A stretch of 64,000 nucleotides of DNA from Mobula hypostoma (taxonomy: Eukaryota): NCBI RefSeq assembly GCF_963921235.1, contig NC_086097.1, positions 246,390,001 to 246,454,000 on the forward strand, read 5' to 3'. Below the pieces are notes generated by a model that did not search any database, was not told where the DNA came from, and saw only the letters and a list, made by a program, of their open reading frames with translations. Shown piece by piece: positions 22,970-34,269 of this stretch (its first letter is position 1; every line of letters begins with the position of its first letter). The position numbers and the translations under genes were made by a program.

Positions 22970-24912
22970 ACACAGAAACATAGAAAACCTACAGCACAAT
23001 ACAGGCCCTTCGGCCCACAAAGCTGTGCCGAAATGTCCTTAGCTTAGAAATTACCTAGGGTTACCCATAGCCCTCTATTTTTCTGAGCTCCACGTACCTG
23101 TCCAGGAGTCTCTTAAAAGACCATATCATATCCACCTTCACCACCATTGCCGGCAGCCCATTCTATGCACTCACCACTCTCTGCGTAAAAAAACTTAACC
23201 CTGACATCTCCTCTGTACCTACTTCCAGACACCTTAAAACTGTGCCCTCTCGTGCTAGCCATTTCAGCCCTGGGAAAAAGCCTCTGACTATCCACACAAT
23301 CAATACCTCTCATTATCTTATACACCTCTATCAGGTCACCTCTCATCCTCCATCACTCCAAGGAGAAGAGGCCGTGTTCAATCAACCTATTCTCATAAGG
23401 CATGCTCCCCAATCCAGGCAACATCCTGGATGGGGAGGGGGGAGAAGATAGCGGCACCACGACAGCGACGACAGCGCGCGTGGCCACTTCGCCGATGAAT
23501 ATCTGTTATTTGTCATGTAGGGGATCGTGCACAATCCTGATTTGATGGAGACAGACGTGAGAGCCCAGCAGAACATCTGGAAAACTTCTGAAATGACTGC
23601 TTTGCTACTGCTGTTACTGTGTGGTAACCAGAATCTCTGGAGCTGAAGGCCTCGAAATCCTCGGCTTTGCGTGTTTCAGCGGCCGGGGAGAGGTCGAAGG
23701 TGCTCGGCAGAGGATGGCGCTCAGGAGGCTGTATCGGAGAGGCTGCTCGGAAGCTCGGAGTTTTCAGACAGATGAACTCAGGGTCGGCTGCTTCCAAGGT
23801 ATCGGCAAGTTGACGGTGCCTGGAGGTTTATGGCAGGGAGTTTCTCCCTTTTGCCGCCTGCTATCGGGGACTCGGGAGTTGATCGTCTCAGGACTTTAGA
23901 ACTTTTTTTTACCGTGCCCGTGGTCTGTTCCGTATCAAATTATGGTATTGCTTTGCACTGCTTTGCATTGCGTGCGCAGCCCTCCGGTGAAAAATGATAT
24001 CGTATCTGTTAAATAGGGGCCGTGGACAATTCTGATTTGATGGAGACGGACATGAAAGCACAGAGGAATATCTGGAGAAATTTCTGAAACGCCAGTTCGC
24101 TGCTGTTGTTACTGCGTGGTCGGGAATCTTCCGGAGGGAAGGCCTCAAAATCCCCGGCTTTGCCTGCTGTTGACGACCGAGATTGAGGTCGAATCATTCG
24201 GACAGAGATGGCGCTCCGTACTCGGTGTCGGAGAGCTGATCGGAGGCTCGTAGTTTTCAGATGAATCGGACTGTGGTCGGCATGGCAGGGAGAGTTTTTC
24301 TTCCTTCTCCCGTCTGCGTGAGATGTGGGACATTTGAGAGACTTTGAACTTTTTACTGTGCTCATGGACTTCTTCATCAAGTTATGGTATTGTTGCACTG
24401 TTGTAACTATATGTTATAATTATGTGGTTTTGTTAGTTTTTTCAGTCTTGGTCTGTCCTGTGTTTTGTCATATCACACTGGAGGAAATATTGTATCATTT
24501 CTTAATGCATGCATTACTAAATGACAATAAAAAGAGGGCTCCGTGTCTTCATAATCTAAATCTATATGTTATAATTATGTGGTTTTGTCAGTGTTAGTCT
24601 TTGGTCTGTCTTGTTTTCTGTGATATCACTCTGGATAAACATTGTATCATTTCTTAATGCATGTATGCATTTCTAAATGACAATAAAAGAGGACTGAGTG
24701 TTCTCATAATCTAAAAAAAACATCCTTGTAAATCTCTTCTGCACCCTTTCTATGGTTTCCACATCCTTCCTATAGGGAGGCGACCAGAACTGACCACAGT
24801 ACTCCAAGTGGGGTCTGACCAGGGTCCAATATAGCTGCACCATTACCTCTCAGCTCCTAAACTCAGTCCCACGATTGATGAAGGCCAATGCATTGTATGC
24901 TTTCTTAACCAA
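22970..24912 (-). mobile_element. CR1 3' part split by a 1.3-kb insertion
   Basis: ORF 23113..23346 MRGDLIEVYKIMRG..TRGHSFKV; CR1 resumes at 24719. Confidence 0.85.
23428..24718 (+). mobile_element. Composite of two nested copies of the non-coding retroposon family
   Basis: TSD AACATCCT 23420-23427 / 24719-24726; inner copy about 23966-24561; two successive 3' tails. Confidence 0.75.
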
Positions 24913-24926
24913 AGGGTGAGATAAGG

Positions 24927-25028
24927 TCCTGACGAAGGGTCTCGGCCTGAAACGTCGACTGCACCTCTTCCTATAGATGCTGCCTGACCTGCTGCGTTCA
25001 CCAGCAACTTTGATGTGTGTTGTTTGTT
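24927..25028 (+). mobile_element. 102-bp Penelope-like insertion: hammerhead plus 3' hairpin, 12-bp TSD
   Basis: TSD GGTGAGATAAGG 24915-24926 / 25029-25040; CTGACGA 24929-24935, GAAAC-GTC 24949-24956. Confidence 0.88.
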
Positions 25029-25459
25029 GGTGAGATAAGGGCTCTGTCTTTGCAGTGCTCCTGATAAATGACCCCGATGGATGGTAGGAAGACCCTTCAT
25101 CAGGATTGGAAAGGAAGGGCTAAGAAGCCAGAATAAGAAATATTTGTTAACTTTTGATTTTTCCAAGTTGGACATGAGATTCTATTTTTTAAAAACATGC
25201 ACATTCAAACACTTTTTCTTTTATGGATATAAATTTTTACAATAGGGTCACAAACCTGTAGGGTGTATGTGCACAGAGGCAAAAATAATTACTGGCTAAT
25301 TGTTTTTGCAATGAAACTATGCATGTTACAATTGAATAATTAATCTAAGTTTCATGCATTTGTTTTGATTAGTAATGGTGATGTAGTGGAAATTTAGAAT
25401 TCTCTATTTCTCTAAAATGCCAGAATATCAGGTACATCCAAGGCAGCTAAAATTCCAAA

Positions 25460-25757
25460 TTTCTCCTCCTCCTTCTCCTTCCCTCTCTCCCATGGTCCAC
25501 TCTCCTCTCCTATTAGATTCCCTTTTTTCCCACCCTTTTACCTTTTCCACCCATCTCCTCCCTGCTCCTTACGTCCACCCTGACCTACCTGGCTTCACTG
25601 ATCACCTTCGAGCTAGACATCCTTCACCTCTCTCCCCCAACCCTCAACTTATTCCCCCTCCTTTCCAATCCTGATGAAGGGTCTCTAAACGAAACATTAA
25701 TTGTTTATTCCCCCCCTAGATGCTGCCTGACCTGTTCAGTTCCTCCAGCATTTTGTT
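25460..25757 (+). mobile_element. Old Penelope-like 3' fragment with a decayed hammerhead (25671-25700)
   Basis: CTGATGAAGGGTCTCTAAACGAAAC; AGATGCTGCCTGACCTG..CCAGCATTTTG. Confidence 0.75.
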
Positions 25758-25761
25758 GACC

Positions 25762-25948
25762 TGCGGCGACCCACTTTCTACACAAGTGAATCGGCTCACA
25801 AAATAGCCCACGCCTCTGACGTCATTTCCACCCGGAGAGGGCTGGAAGGGAACTGCTTAAAAGCCAGTGCCGCGAAGTTTGAATAAACAAGTCTCAAGTG
25901 CGACTTGCCTGTCGTTATTTCTAGCTCTGTGTGTAGCACATCCCTACA
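25762..25948 (+). repeat. 5' LTR
   Basis: Direct repeat of 29322-29540 with two internal deletions; contains AATAAA. Confidence 0.92.
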
Positions 25949-25949
25949 C

Positions 25950-25964
25950 TGGTGACCCCCGACG
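25950..25964 (+). promoter_or_regulatory. Primer-binding site, tRNA-Trp-like
   Basis: TGGTGACCCCCGACG versus the vertebrate tRNA-Trp 3' complement TGGTGACCCCGACG (one extra C). Confidence 0.75.
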
Positions 25965-25988
25965 GTCCAAACGGGATTTGGACCAAAG

Positions 25989-26694
25989 ATGATCGACTCT
26001 TCTTCATCTGTTCACGCAGTTTCGCTAAAACTGCCAACTTTCTGGGCGCTGCGAGCAGGCGTGTGGTTTGACCAAGCAGAAGCCCAGTTCCAGATTCGGC
26101 AGATATCTTCGGATTCCACACGTTACTATTACGTGGTGAGCTCCCTTGACCAGGAGACAGCCGTACGGGTTGGGGATTTCATACAGTCACCCCCAAAGAA
26201 GGAAAATATGCAGCATTCAAAGCGCTGCTCATAGGGACCTTTGGCCTCTCATGGTGTGAGCGAGGTGCCCGCTTGCTGCACCTGGACGGTTTGGGAGACA
26301 GGCCACCGTCAGCATTATCGAACGAGATGCTGGCCCTGGCTGAAGGACACAAGCCCTGCCTCATGTTTGAGCAGGCGTTCCTAGAGCAACTGCCCGAGGA
26401 CATACATCTGCTGCTGGCCGACGCAGATTTCAGTGACCCCCGGAAGGTGGCGGCCCGGGCAGGCGTGCTGTGGAAAGCCAAGGGGAGAGCGGAGCGTCCG
26501 TCGGACAGATTACCAAGCCATGCGCCCAACAGCAGGCCAGACCAGGCCAGGCAATGGAGCGCACACAACCCAGAGGAAGGACTGAGGAGGCCAATGAACA
26601 GTGGTGTTTCTACCACCAGCGGTGGGGCACAGAAGCCCGCCGTTGTTGCCCGCCCTGAAAGTTCCCGGGAAACGCCAGGGCCAGCCACCACTAA
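25989..26694 (+). pseudogene. gag: Gypsy gag, frameshifted, with a premature TGA at 26656-26658
   Basis: KLPTFW..WFDQAEAQF..YYYVVSSL; LGDRPPSAL..EM; CFYHQRWG..A..C knuckle. Confidence 0.85.
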
Positions 26695-26712
26695 TGGCTA
26701 CAGCGGCTGGCC
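26667..26712 (+). promoter_or_regulatory. Putative -1 programmed ribosomal frameshift signal (gag/pol)
   Basis: G GGA AAC in the gag frame, 5-nt spacer, stem GGCCAGCC(26679-26686)/GGCTGGCC(26705-26712); pol lies in the -1 frame. Confidence 0.75.
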
Positions 26713-29320
26713 ACCAGGACAGCCTCCTCTACGTCTGGGACAAGCAGTTGGGACGCCGCTTCTTGGTCGACACTGGAGCGGAGATCAGCGTCTTACCCCC
26801 GACGGGGTATGACACCCGCAAAATGGTGACGGGACCCATCCTGAGGGCCGCAAACGGCAGCACGATTCAGACCTACGGCACCTGCACAGTGCAGCTACAG
26901 TTCGGCGCCAGCCAGTTCACGTGGGACTTCACACTTGCCGCCGTGGCCCAACCACTCTTGGGGGCGGACTTCTTGCAGGCCCACAGCCTGCTGGTCGACT
27001 TGCAAGGGAAAAGACTGGTCCATGCCAAGACTTTCCAGACGTTCTCCCTGGGTGAAGCCAAGTTGCCAGCCCCACACCTGGACTCCATCACTCTGTCTGA
27101 CAACAAATTCACTTGAATCCTGGCGGACTTTCCATCGGTTCTGGCACCGCAGTTCACAGCAGCCATGCCCAGACACGGAGCACAGCACCACATTCCGACC
27201 CACGGACCACCCCTCCATGCCCGTGCACGAAGGCTGCCCCTGGACAAGCTCCGCCTGGCAAAGGAGGACTTCAAGAGGATGGAGGAATTGGGGATCGTAC
27301 GGCGGTCCGACAGCCCATGGGCCTCCCCCTTGCACATGGTGCCCAAAGCAGCCGGGGGCTGGAGACCATGCGGCGACTACCGCAGACTGGATGAGGCTAC
27401 AGCTCCAGACCACCACCCCGTGCCGCACGTACAGGACTTTGCAGCAAACCTGCACAGGGCAAGCATCTTTTCCAAAGTAGACCTCGTCTGGGGGTACCAT
27501 CAAATTCCGGTACACTCTGAAGACATCCCCAAAACAGCACTCATCACCCCGTTCGGCCTGTTCGAATTCCTCCGAATACCGTTCGGCCTGAAGAATGCTG
27601 CACAGGCGTTCCAGTGACTAATGGATGCGGTGGGACGCGACCTGGACTTTGCATTCATCTATTTGGATGACATCCTCATAGCCAGCAGTAGTCGTCAGGA
27701 GCATCTGTCCCACCTCCACCAGCTCTACTTCCGCTTGAGTGATTTCGGCCTCACGATCAACCCGGCCAAATGTCAGTTCGGACTCAACACCATTGACTTC
27801 CTCGGCCACAGGATTACCAAAGATGGGGCAACACCTCTGCCCGCCAAGGTAGGCGCGATCCACCACTTTGCCCGGCCCAATACAGTCAAAGGCCTACAGG
27901 AGTTCGTTGGTATGGTGAACTTCTACCACCGCTTCTTCCCCTAAGCAGCCCGTATCATGTGCCCTTTGTTCACCCTAATGTCGGGTAAAGGCAATGACAT
28001 TACTCGGGATGAAGAGGTCGCAGCTGCTTTCGTTAAAGCCAAGGAAACCTTGGGAGACGCCGCGATGCTGGTGCACCCCAGAACGGACGTTCCAACTGCC
28101 CTCACAGTGGACGCATCCAACACAACAGTCGGTGGGGTGCTGGAGCTACAGGACCGCAGTCTCGGGTTTGCAGCTGCAAGACTTCCTCGTAGGCCCAGGT
28201 GAGAGGACCCTCCTGTGTGACGTGGCTACCGGCCAACCTCACCCCATCATCCCGGCAGCTTGGCGGTGGCGAGTTTTCAACTCCATACACGGCTTGGCGC
28301 ACCCATCTATCAGGATAACCGTCCGGATGGTCTCCAGCAAGTTCGTGTGGCATGGACTTCACAAACATGTCAGTGAATGGGCCAAAACGTACGCTCAGTG
28401 CCTAACAGCCAAGGTGCAGCGGCACACCAAAGCCCCGCTGCAGCAGTTTGAACCCACCCGCCGGAGGTTCCACCACATTTATGTGGATATCGTGGGGCCC
28501 CTGCCAGTGTCGCGAGGAGTGTGGTACCTCCTAACTATGATAGACCGGTTCACCAGATGGCCAGAGGCGATCAACAACACCACCGCCGATTCCTGCGCCC
28601 GAGCGCTGATTGCAAACTGGGTAGCATGCTTCGGGATACTGGCCCACATTACCTCCGACAGAGGCGCCCAGTTCACCTCCAGCCTGTGGTCGGCTGTGGT
28701 CAGCCTGTTGGGAGCACAATTACACCACACAACTGCCTACCACCCACAGTCGAACGGACTGGTGAAACGCTCCCACCATCACTTAACGTCGGTTCTCATG
28801 GCCCGCCTGAAAGGGCCTAACTGGGTGGACGAGGTTCCCTGGGTCCTGCTTGGAATCCGCACAGCGCCCAAAGAGGATCTGCACACCTCGTCGGCCGAGC
28901 TGGTGTATGGCACACCCCTGGTCGTCCCAGGAGAGTTCATACCAGCCTCAAGGGGGCAAGAGGAAGAACCCACAGCAGTCCTGGACAGACTACACGAAAG
29001 GCTCGGCAACCTGGCCCCCGTACTGACTTCACAGCACAGATAGATCCCGACCTGCGTACCCAAAGACTTGCAGAACTGTAAGTTTGTATTTGTACGAGGG
29101 GCCGTTCAAGGTGATCAGTAACAATGGGTCCACGTACATTCTGGAAATTGGGGGGAAAGAGGAGGTTTTCACGGTGGGCCGACTCAAACCGGCCCATGTT
29201 GACTTGGCGCAGCCGGTCGAGGTTCAGGCACCACGACGCAGAGGCAGACCGCCCAAACAGAGACCAATCCAGACTGTGGATATTGGGGGTGTTCCGCCGG
29301 TTCTGGGGGTGGGGGGGGTT
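26667..29320 (+). pseudogene. pol: Gypsy pol (protease, RT, truncated RNase H, integrase) with stops and deletions
   Basis: LVDTGAEIS; RPCGDYR, GYHQIP, PFGLKNA, YLDD; LTVDASN then deletion near 28145; HGLAHP, YVDIVGP, TSDRGAQF; stops ending at 27116, 27617, 27944 and 29043. Confidence 0.92.
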
Positions 29321-29321
29321 A

Positions 29322-29540
29322 TGTGGCGACCCACTTTCTACACAAGTGAACCGGCTCACAAAATAGCCCGCACGCGGGGAGAGACTTTTGTAATGCACCT
29401 CTGACGTCATTTCCGCCCGGAGAGGGCTGGAAGGGAACAGCTTAAAAGCCAGTGCCGCGAAGTTTGAATAAACGAGTCTCGAGTGCGACTTACGGACTGC
29501 GTGTCGTTATTTCTAGCTCTGTGTGTAGCACATCGCTACA
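29322..29540 (+). repeat. 3' LTR, preceded by a G-rich polypurine tract (29305-29318)
   Basis: TGTGGCGAC...CGCTACA. Confidence 0.92.
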
Positions 29541-29924
29541 GACCTACACATTCCTTGATCCTTGAAAACAATGCGACTAGGTCAGTTGACTGACATTGCA
29601 ATTCTATCTTGCTAATTCTTTTCGTAAACATTGTTATCTAAATGATTGTTGGCACCACTGAAAAGCTAATTTTGTGAAAGTTGACAGCATGATTGGCCTA
29701 CAGAATTAGACAAATTAAGTTGTCAATGACATGATAGATATACAGCCCAGGCAAGATCATATCAATTACACAAAATATTACAGATTGTTTTTCAAGGACA
29801 ATTAAAGTTATTGTCATGCAACATCAATTATTATTTCAAACTAAGGAAACGTATTCTGAACATTCTTTTCTTGTCTTCATTCAAAATGGTATTGGGATAA
29901 AGTGCCTTGAATTTAAAAGCTAAG

Positions 29925-30456
29925 TGGGGTGTGTGGGGTGTCCAGGGAAGGGTAGCACCTTTGGTGAAGGGCCTTGTCACGTTGAGTCTGAGCAGCTCAC
30001 TCAACCATGGTCCCCACCAGACACTCAGCTCTCGCCTGTGGCTCCAAGTAGCTGTTTGCATGCGACAATCCCTGGTACACCGCTTCGACAGGAGGGCTAA
30101 ACTAGGTGAGGGTAGCTGGTGAGCCCTGTACCCCGGTTTGATAGGGACACGCCTATCTTAGCAAGTGCAGTCAGCTCCGGCTGACTGGGTAGATGAGATC
30201 TCGAATGAGATCCAGTGGCTAGGAAGGCAGTACTGCAACAGTAGTGAGGAGAGTGAGGTGCATGACAAGGCACAGAAGAAATCATGGTCATCCACTGCAA
30301 CCAAGGAAGACTCCAGTTTGTGATGCTTGTTTGTACCACTGGACCCAGACTTCTGAGGTTGAGAGAGTGGAACTGAATCAGTGCAATGGCTTTTCCACTT
30401 TAAAAACTCTCCTGCACACATTTCCCGTCTTCATCGGACACCATGAACAACCACCA
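29925..30456 (+). mobile_element. Probable RTE-derived non-autonomous element
   Basis: The head GGGAAGGGTAGCACCT..GGCTCCAAGTAGCT resembles RTE/BovB-type 5' UTRs; the end GTCTTCATCGGACACCATGAACAACCACC resembles the RTE tail at 44080-44125. Confidence 0.45.
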
Positions 30457-31669
30457 GGAGCCAAGTGTTATTCTAATGACAGTTACTTTTTTAACTGTTA
30501 GAGTATTAAAACAGTAAAACATGTGAACAGCAAATCATAATCACAAGAGATTCTGCAGATGCTGGAAATCCAGAGTAATACACAGAAAATGCTGGAAGAA
30601 TGAAGAGTCAACATTTCCAGCCAAGATCCTTCATCGGCATACGAACAGGCCCTTCAGCCCATGAGGTTGTGCCTAACTGAAGTTTCCTTCTTGAGAGCAC
30701 ATAGTTCAAGTTTATTGGTCAAGTGTACATTGAAACATACTGAGAAATGTGTTGCTTGCATTAACAACCAACACGTACGAAGGTATGCTGGACAGCACAC
30801 ACAAAATGCCGGACGAACTCAGCAGGCCAGGCAGCACCTAGGAAAAGAGTACAGTCAACGTTTCAGGCTGAAACCATTCCTGGCCTGCTGAGCTCCTCCA
30901 GCATTTTGTGTGTGTTGCTCGGATTTCCAGCAGATTTTTTCTCATTTGTGAGGGTACACTGGGTGCAGTCTGCAAGTGTCATCACACATACCGGCACCTA
31001 CCTAGCATGCCCACAAAAGCTGTTTACATTGTGAATACATGCTCTTATTTATGTCCTTATGTGCATTTTACTCTGTATCCATACCTGTAACCTTATTTTT
31101 ATATAATTCTTTATTCTTTATAATTTCTGAATGTTGTTTTTGTTGCAATCTCATGCCAACACACAACAAATTACTAATACATGTAAATGTACATATCTGG
31201 TGAATAAAGATGATCCTTGTTTAAGCTAATGGCATATAGTTGAACTAACCCCTCGTGCCTGCATTTTGCCCAGATCTCTTTACAATCATGGCCTATCTGA
31301 GAGTCTCTTAAAGTCGTCTATCATTCAGAATCAAAGTTCAAAATAAAATTATTTTTAAAGTACATATATGTCACCATATACATGGGGAACATACTGAGAT
31401 TCATTTTCTTGTGGGCATACTCAATAAATCAATAGAATAATAACTATAACCAGAGCGCAGAAGTCAACAAACTGCAAATAAAAAGGAAAGAAATAGTAAT
31501 ACTAAATAAATAAGCAATACATTTTTCGCAGGGAGGAAATGGCTCATATGAAGCGGTCTAATTTTAAGTTGGAGGGAAGTATAGCGGGGATGTCAGAGAT
31601 AAATTCATTACACAGAGAGTAGAGGATGCACTGAACGGGCTGCCAGGGGTGGTGGTAGAGGCAGATATA

Positions 31670-33285
31670 AAGTGGCATGCAAAATTTTGGGCACCTCTGG
31701 TTAAAACTTCTGTTACTGTGAATAGCTAAGCGAGTAAAAGATGATCTGATTTCCAAAAGGCATAAAGTTAAAGATGACACATTTCTTTAATATTTTAAGC
31801 AAGATTACATTTTTATTTTCATCTTTTACAGTTTCAAAATAACAAAAAAGGAAAAGGGCCCGAAGCAAAAGTTTGGGCACCCTGCATGGTCAGTACTTAG
31901 TAACACCCCATTTGGCAAGTATCACAGCTTGTGAACACTTTTTGTAGCCAGTTAGGAGCCTTTCAATTCTTGTTTGGGGGATTTTTGCCCATTCTTCCTT
32001 GCAAAAGGCTTCTAGTTCTGTGAGATTCTTGGGCCATCTTGCATGCACTGCTCTTTTGAGGTCTATCCACAGATTTTCAATGATGTTTAGGTTGGGGGAC
32101 TGTGAGGGCCATGGCAAAACCTTCAGCTTGCGCCTCTTGAGGTAGTCCATTGTGGATTGTGAGGTGTGTTTAGGATCATTATCCTGTTGTAGAAGCCATC
32201 CTCTTTTCATCTTCAGCTTTTTTACAGATGGTGTGATGCTTGCTTCCAGAATTTGCTGGTATTTAATTGAATTCATTCTTCCCTCTACCAGTGAAATGTT
32301 CCCCATGCCACTGGCTGCAACACAAGCCCAAAGCATGATCGATCCACCCCCGTGCTTAACAGTTGGAGAGGGGTTCTTTTCATGAAATTATGCACCCTTT
32401 TTACTCCAAACATACCTTTGCTCATTGTGGCCAAAAAGTTCTATTTCAACTTCATCAGTCCACAGGACTTGTTTCCAAAATGCATCAGGCTTGTTTCGAT
32501 GTTCCTTTGCAAACTTCTGATGCTGAATTTTGTGGTGAGGATGCAGGAAAGGATTTCTTCTGATCACTCTTCCATGAAGGTCATATTTGTGCAGGTGTCA
32601 CTGCACAGTAAAATAGTGCACCAGCAGTCCAGAGTCTGCTAAACCTTCCTGAAGGTCTTTTGCAGTCAAACGGGGGTTTTGATTTGCCTTTCTAGCAATC
32701 CCATGAGCAGTTCTCTCGGAAAGTTTTCTTCATCTTCCAGACCTCAACTTGACCTCCACCATTCCTGTTAACTGCCATTTCTTAATTACATTACGAACTG
32801 AGGAAACGGCTACCTGAAAATGTTTTGCTATCTCCTTATAGCTTTCTCCTGCTTTGTGGACATCGTTTATTTTAACTTTCAGAGTGCTATACAGCTGCTT
32901 AGAGGAGCCCATGGCTGCTGATTGTTGGGACAAGGTTTGAGGAGTCAGGGTATTTATAAAGCTTTGAAATTTGCATCACCTGGCCTTTCCTAACGATGAC
33001 TGTGAACAAGCCATAGCCCTAACAAGCTAATTAAGGTCTGGGACCTTGGTAAATGTTATCTGAGATCTCTTGGGATGCCCAAACTTTTGCACGGTGCTCC
33101 TTTCCTTTTTTTCACTCTAAAATTGTACAAAACAAAAATAACACACTAATCTTGCTTAAAATGTTGAAAAGAATGTTTCATCTTTAACTTTATGACTTTT
33201 GGAGATCAGTTCATCTTCTACTCACTTAACTATTCACAGTAACAGAAATTTTGACCAAGGGTGTCCAAACTTTTGCAAGCCACTG
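31670..33285 (-). mobile_element. Full-length-sized Tc1 (DD34E) transposon with IR/DR TIRs and a TA TSD
   Basis: TA 31668-31669 and 33286-33287; TIRs of about 210 bp with inner repeat AAAAGTTTGGGCACCC; inserted into a CR1 3' fragment. Confidence 0.93.
31890..32912 (-). pseudogene. Tc1 transposase, disrupted
   Basis: MGSSKQL.. HTH region; LWTDE; QQDNDPKH with D-(34)-E spacing ending in ENLW; in-frame TGA at 32730-32732. Confidence 0.9.
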
Positions 33286-34149
33286 TACTTAAGGCACATT
33301 TAAGTCCTCCGGAAGGGTCTTGGCCAGAAACATCAACAGTACTCTTTTCCACAGATGCTGCCTGGCCTGCTGAGTGCCTCCAGCATTTTGTGTGTGTTGC
33401 TTCGATATCCAGCATCTGCAGATCTTCTCTTATTTGTGCTGTAGTGTTCCTTTTTTCTGTTTTAATTCAGTTTCTCCATTTTGCAATCGGAAAGGTTGAT
33501 AGAATATTTTTGGTGTGGGGTATGAGTGTACCTCCGCATATAAACACATAAGATAGATTAATTATATGTTCATAAAGTGATAGATATATGTAGATTAATT
33601 ATATGTTCATAAAGTGACGCTGGATACACAAGTGGCTATACGTAAAGGAGACTGACAGGAGATGATAAAGTAGTCGTGGTTGGGTGTGTGGAGGGTGGAG
33701 GTGTTGATCAGCCTTACCGCTTGGGGAAAGTAGCTGCTTAAGATTTGAAGTTTCTCTTTATTTTTCCATCTTTATAGAACTGAGGAGTGCTTCCCTTTGC
33801 AAGCTATCAGTGAGTATAGCAGCACAGATGGACAGTGTTCCCTCTCCCTTCCCAACTCAGTGAGCTGAGTTTCCAGAGCCAACAGCTCCTCCTATTGAAC
33901 CCATCTCACATTTCCAGCAGGAACTCTGTACAAGTTCAAGTTCAAGTTGATTGTCATCTGACTTTACATATATACAAACAAACAAAACATTGTTCCTCCA
34001 AACCATGGTGCACCCACGAAACATATATCACACACAGCACATAAAACAAAATATTACTACAAATAAGTTAATAAAATATAATTCAAAGTACATGTAGTGC
34101 GCAGCACAGGTAAACAACAAACAGTACTATCGTAGCATTGCAGCTTACT

Positions 34150-34268
34150 GTCAGTCCATGCCCAACTCGTGTGCCGCAATGAGGCCACACTCAGGGTGGA
34201 GGAGCAACACCTTATATTCTGTCTGGGTAGCCTCCAACCTGATGGCATGAATATTGATTTCTTCTCCT
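34150..34268 (+). mobile_element. Penelope GIY-YIG C-terminal fragment
   Basis: NEATLRVEEQHLIFCLGSLQPDGMNIDF. Confidence 0.8.
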
Positions 34269-34269
34269 A

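Larger units (their letters stand above)
25762..29540 (+). mobile_element. Ty3/Gypsy LTR retrotransposon with both LTRs, defective
   Basis: LTRs TG..CA at 25762-25948 and 29322-29540; TSD GACC 25758-25761 / 29541-29544; PBS, PPT, and gag-PR-RT-RH-IN order. Confidence 0.95.

Noticed and set aside
33554..33617. 27-bp direct duplication with a 10-bp spacer
   Set aside because: Local slippage duplication with no further structure.
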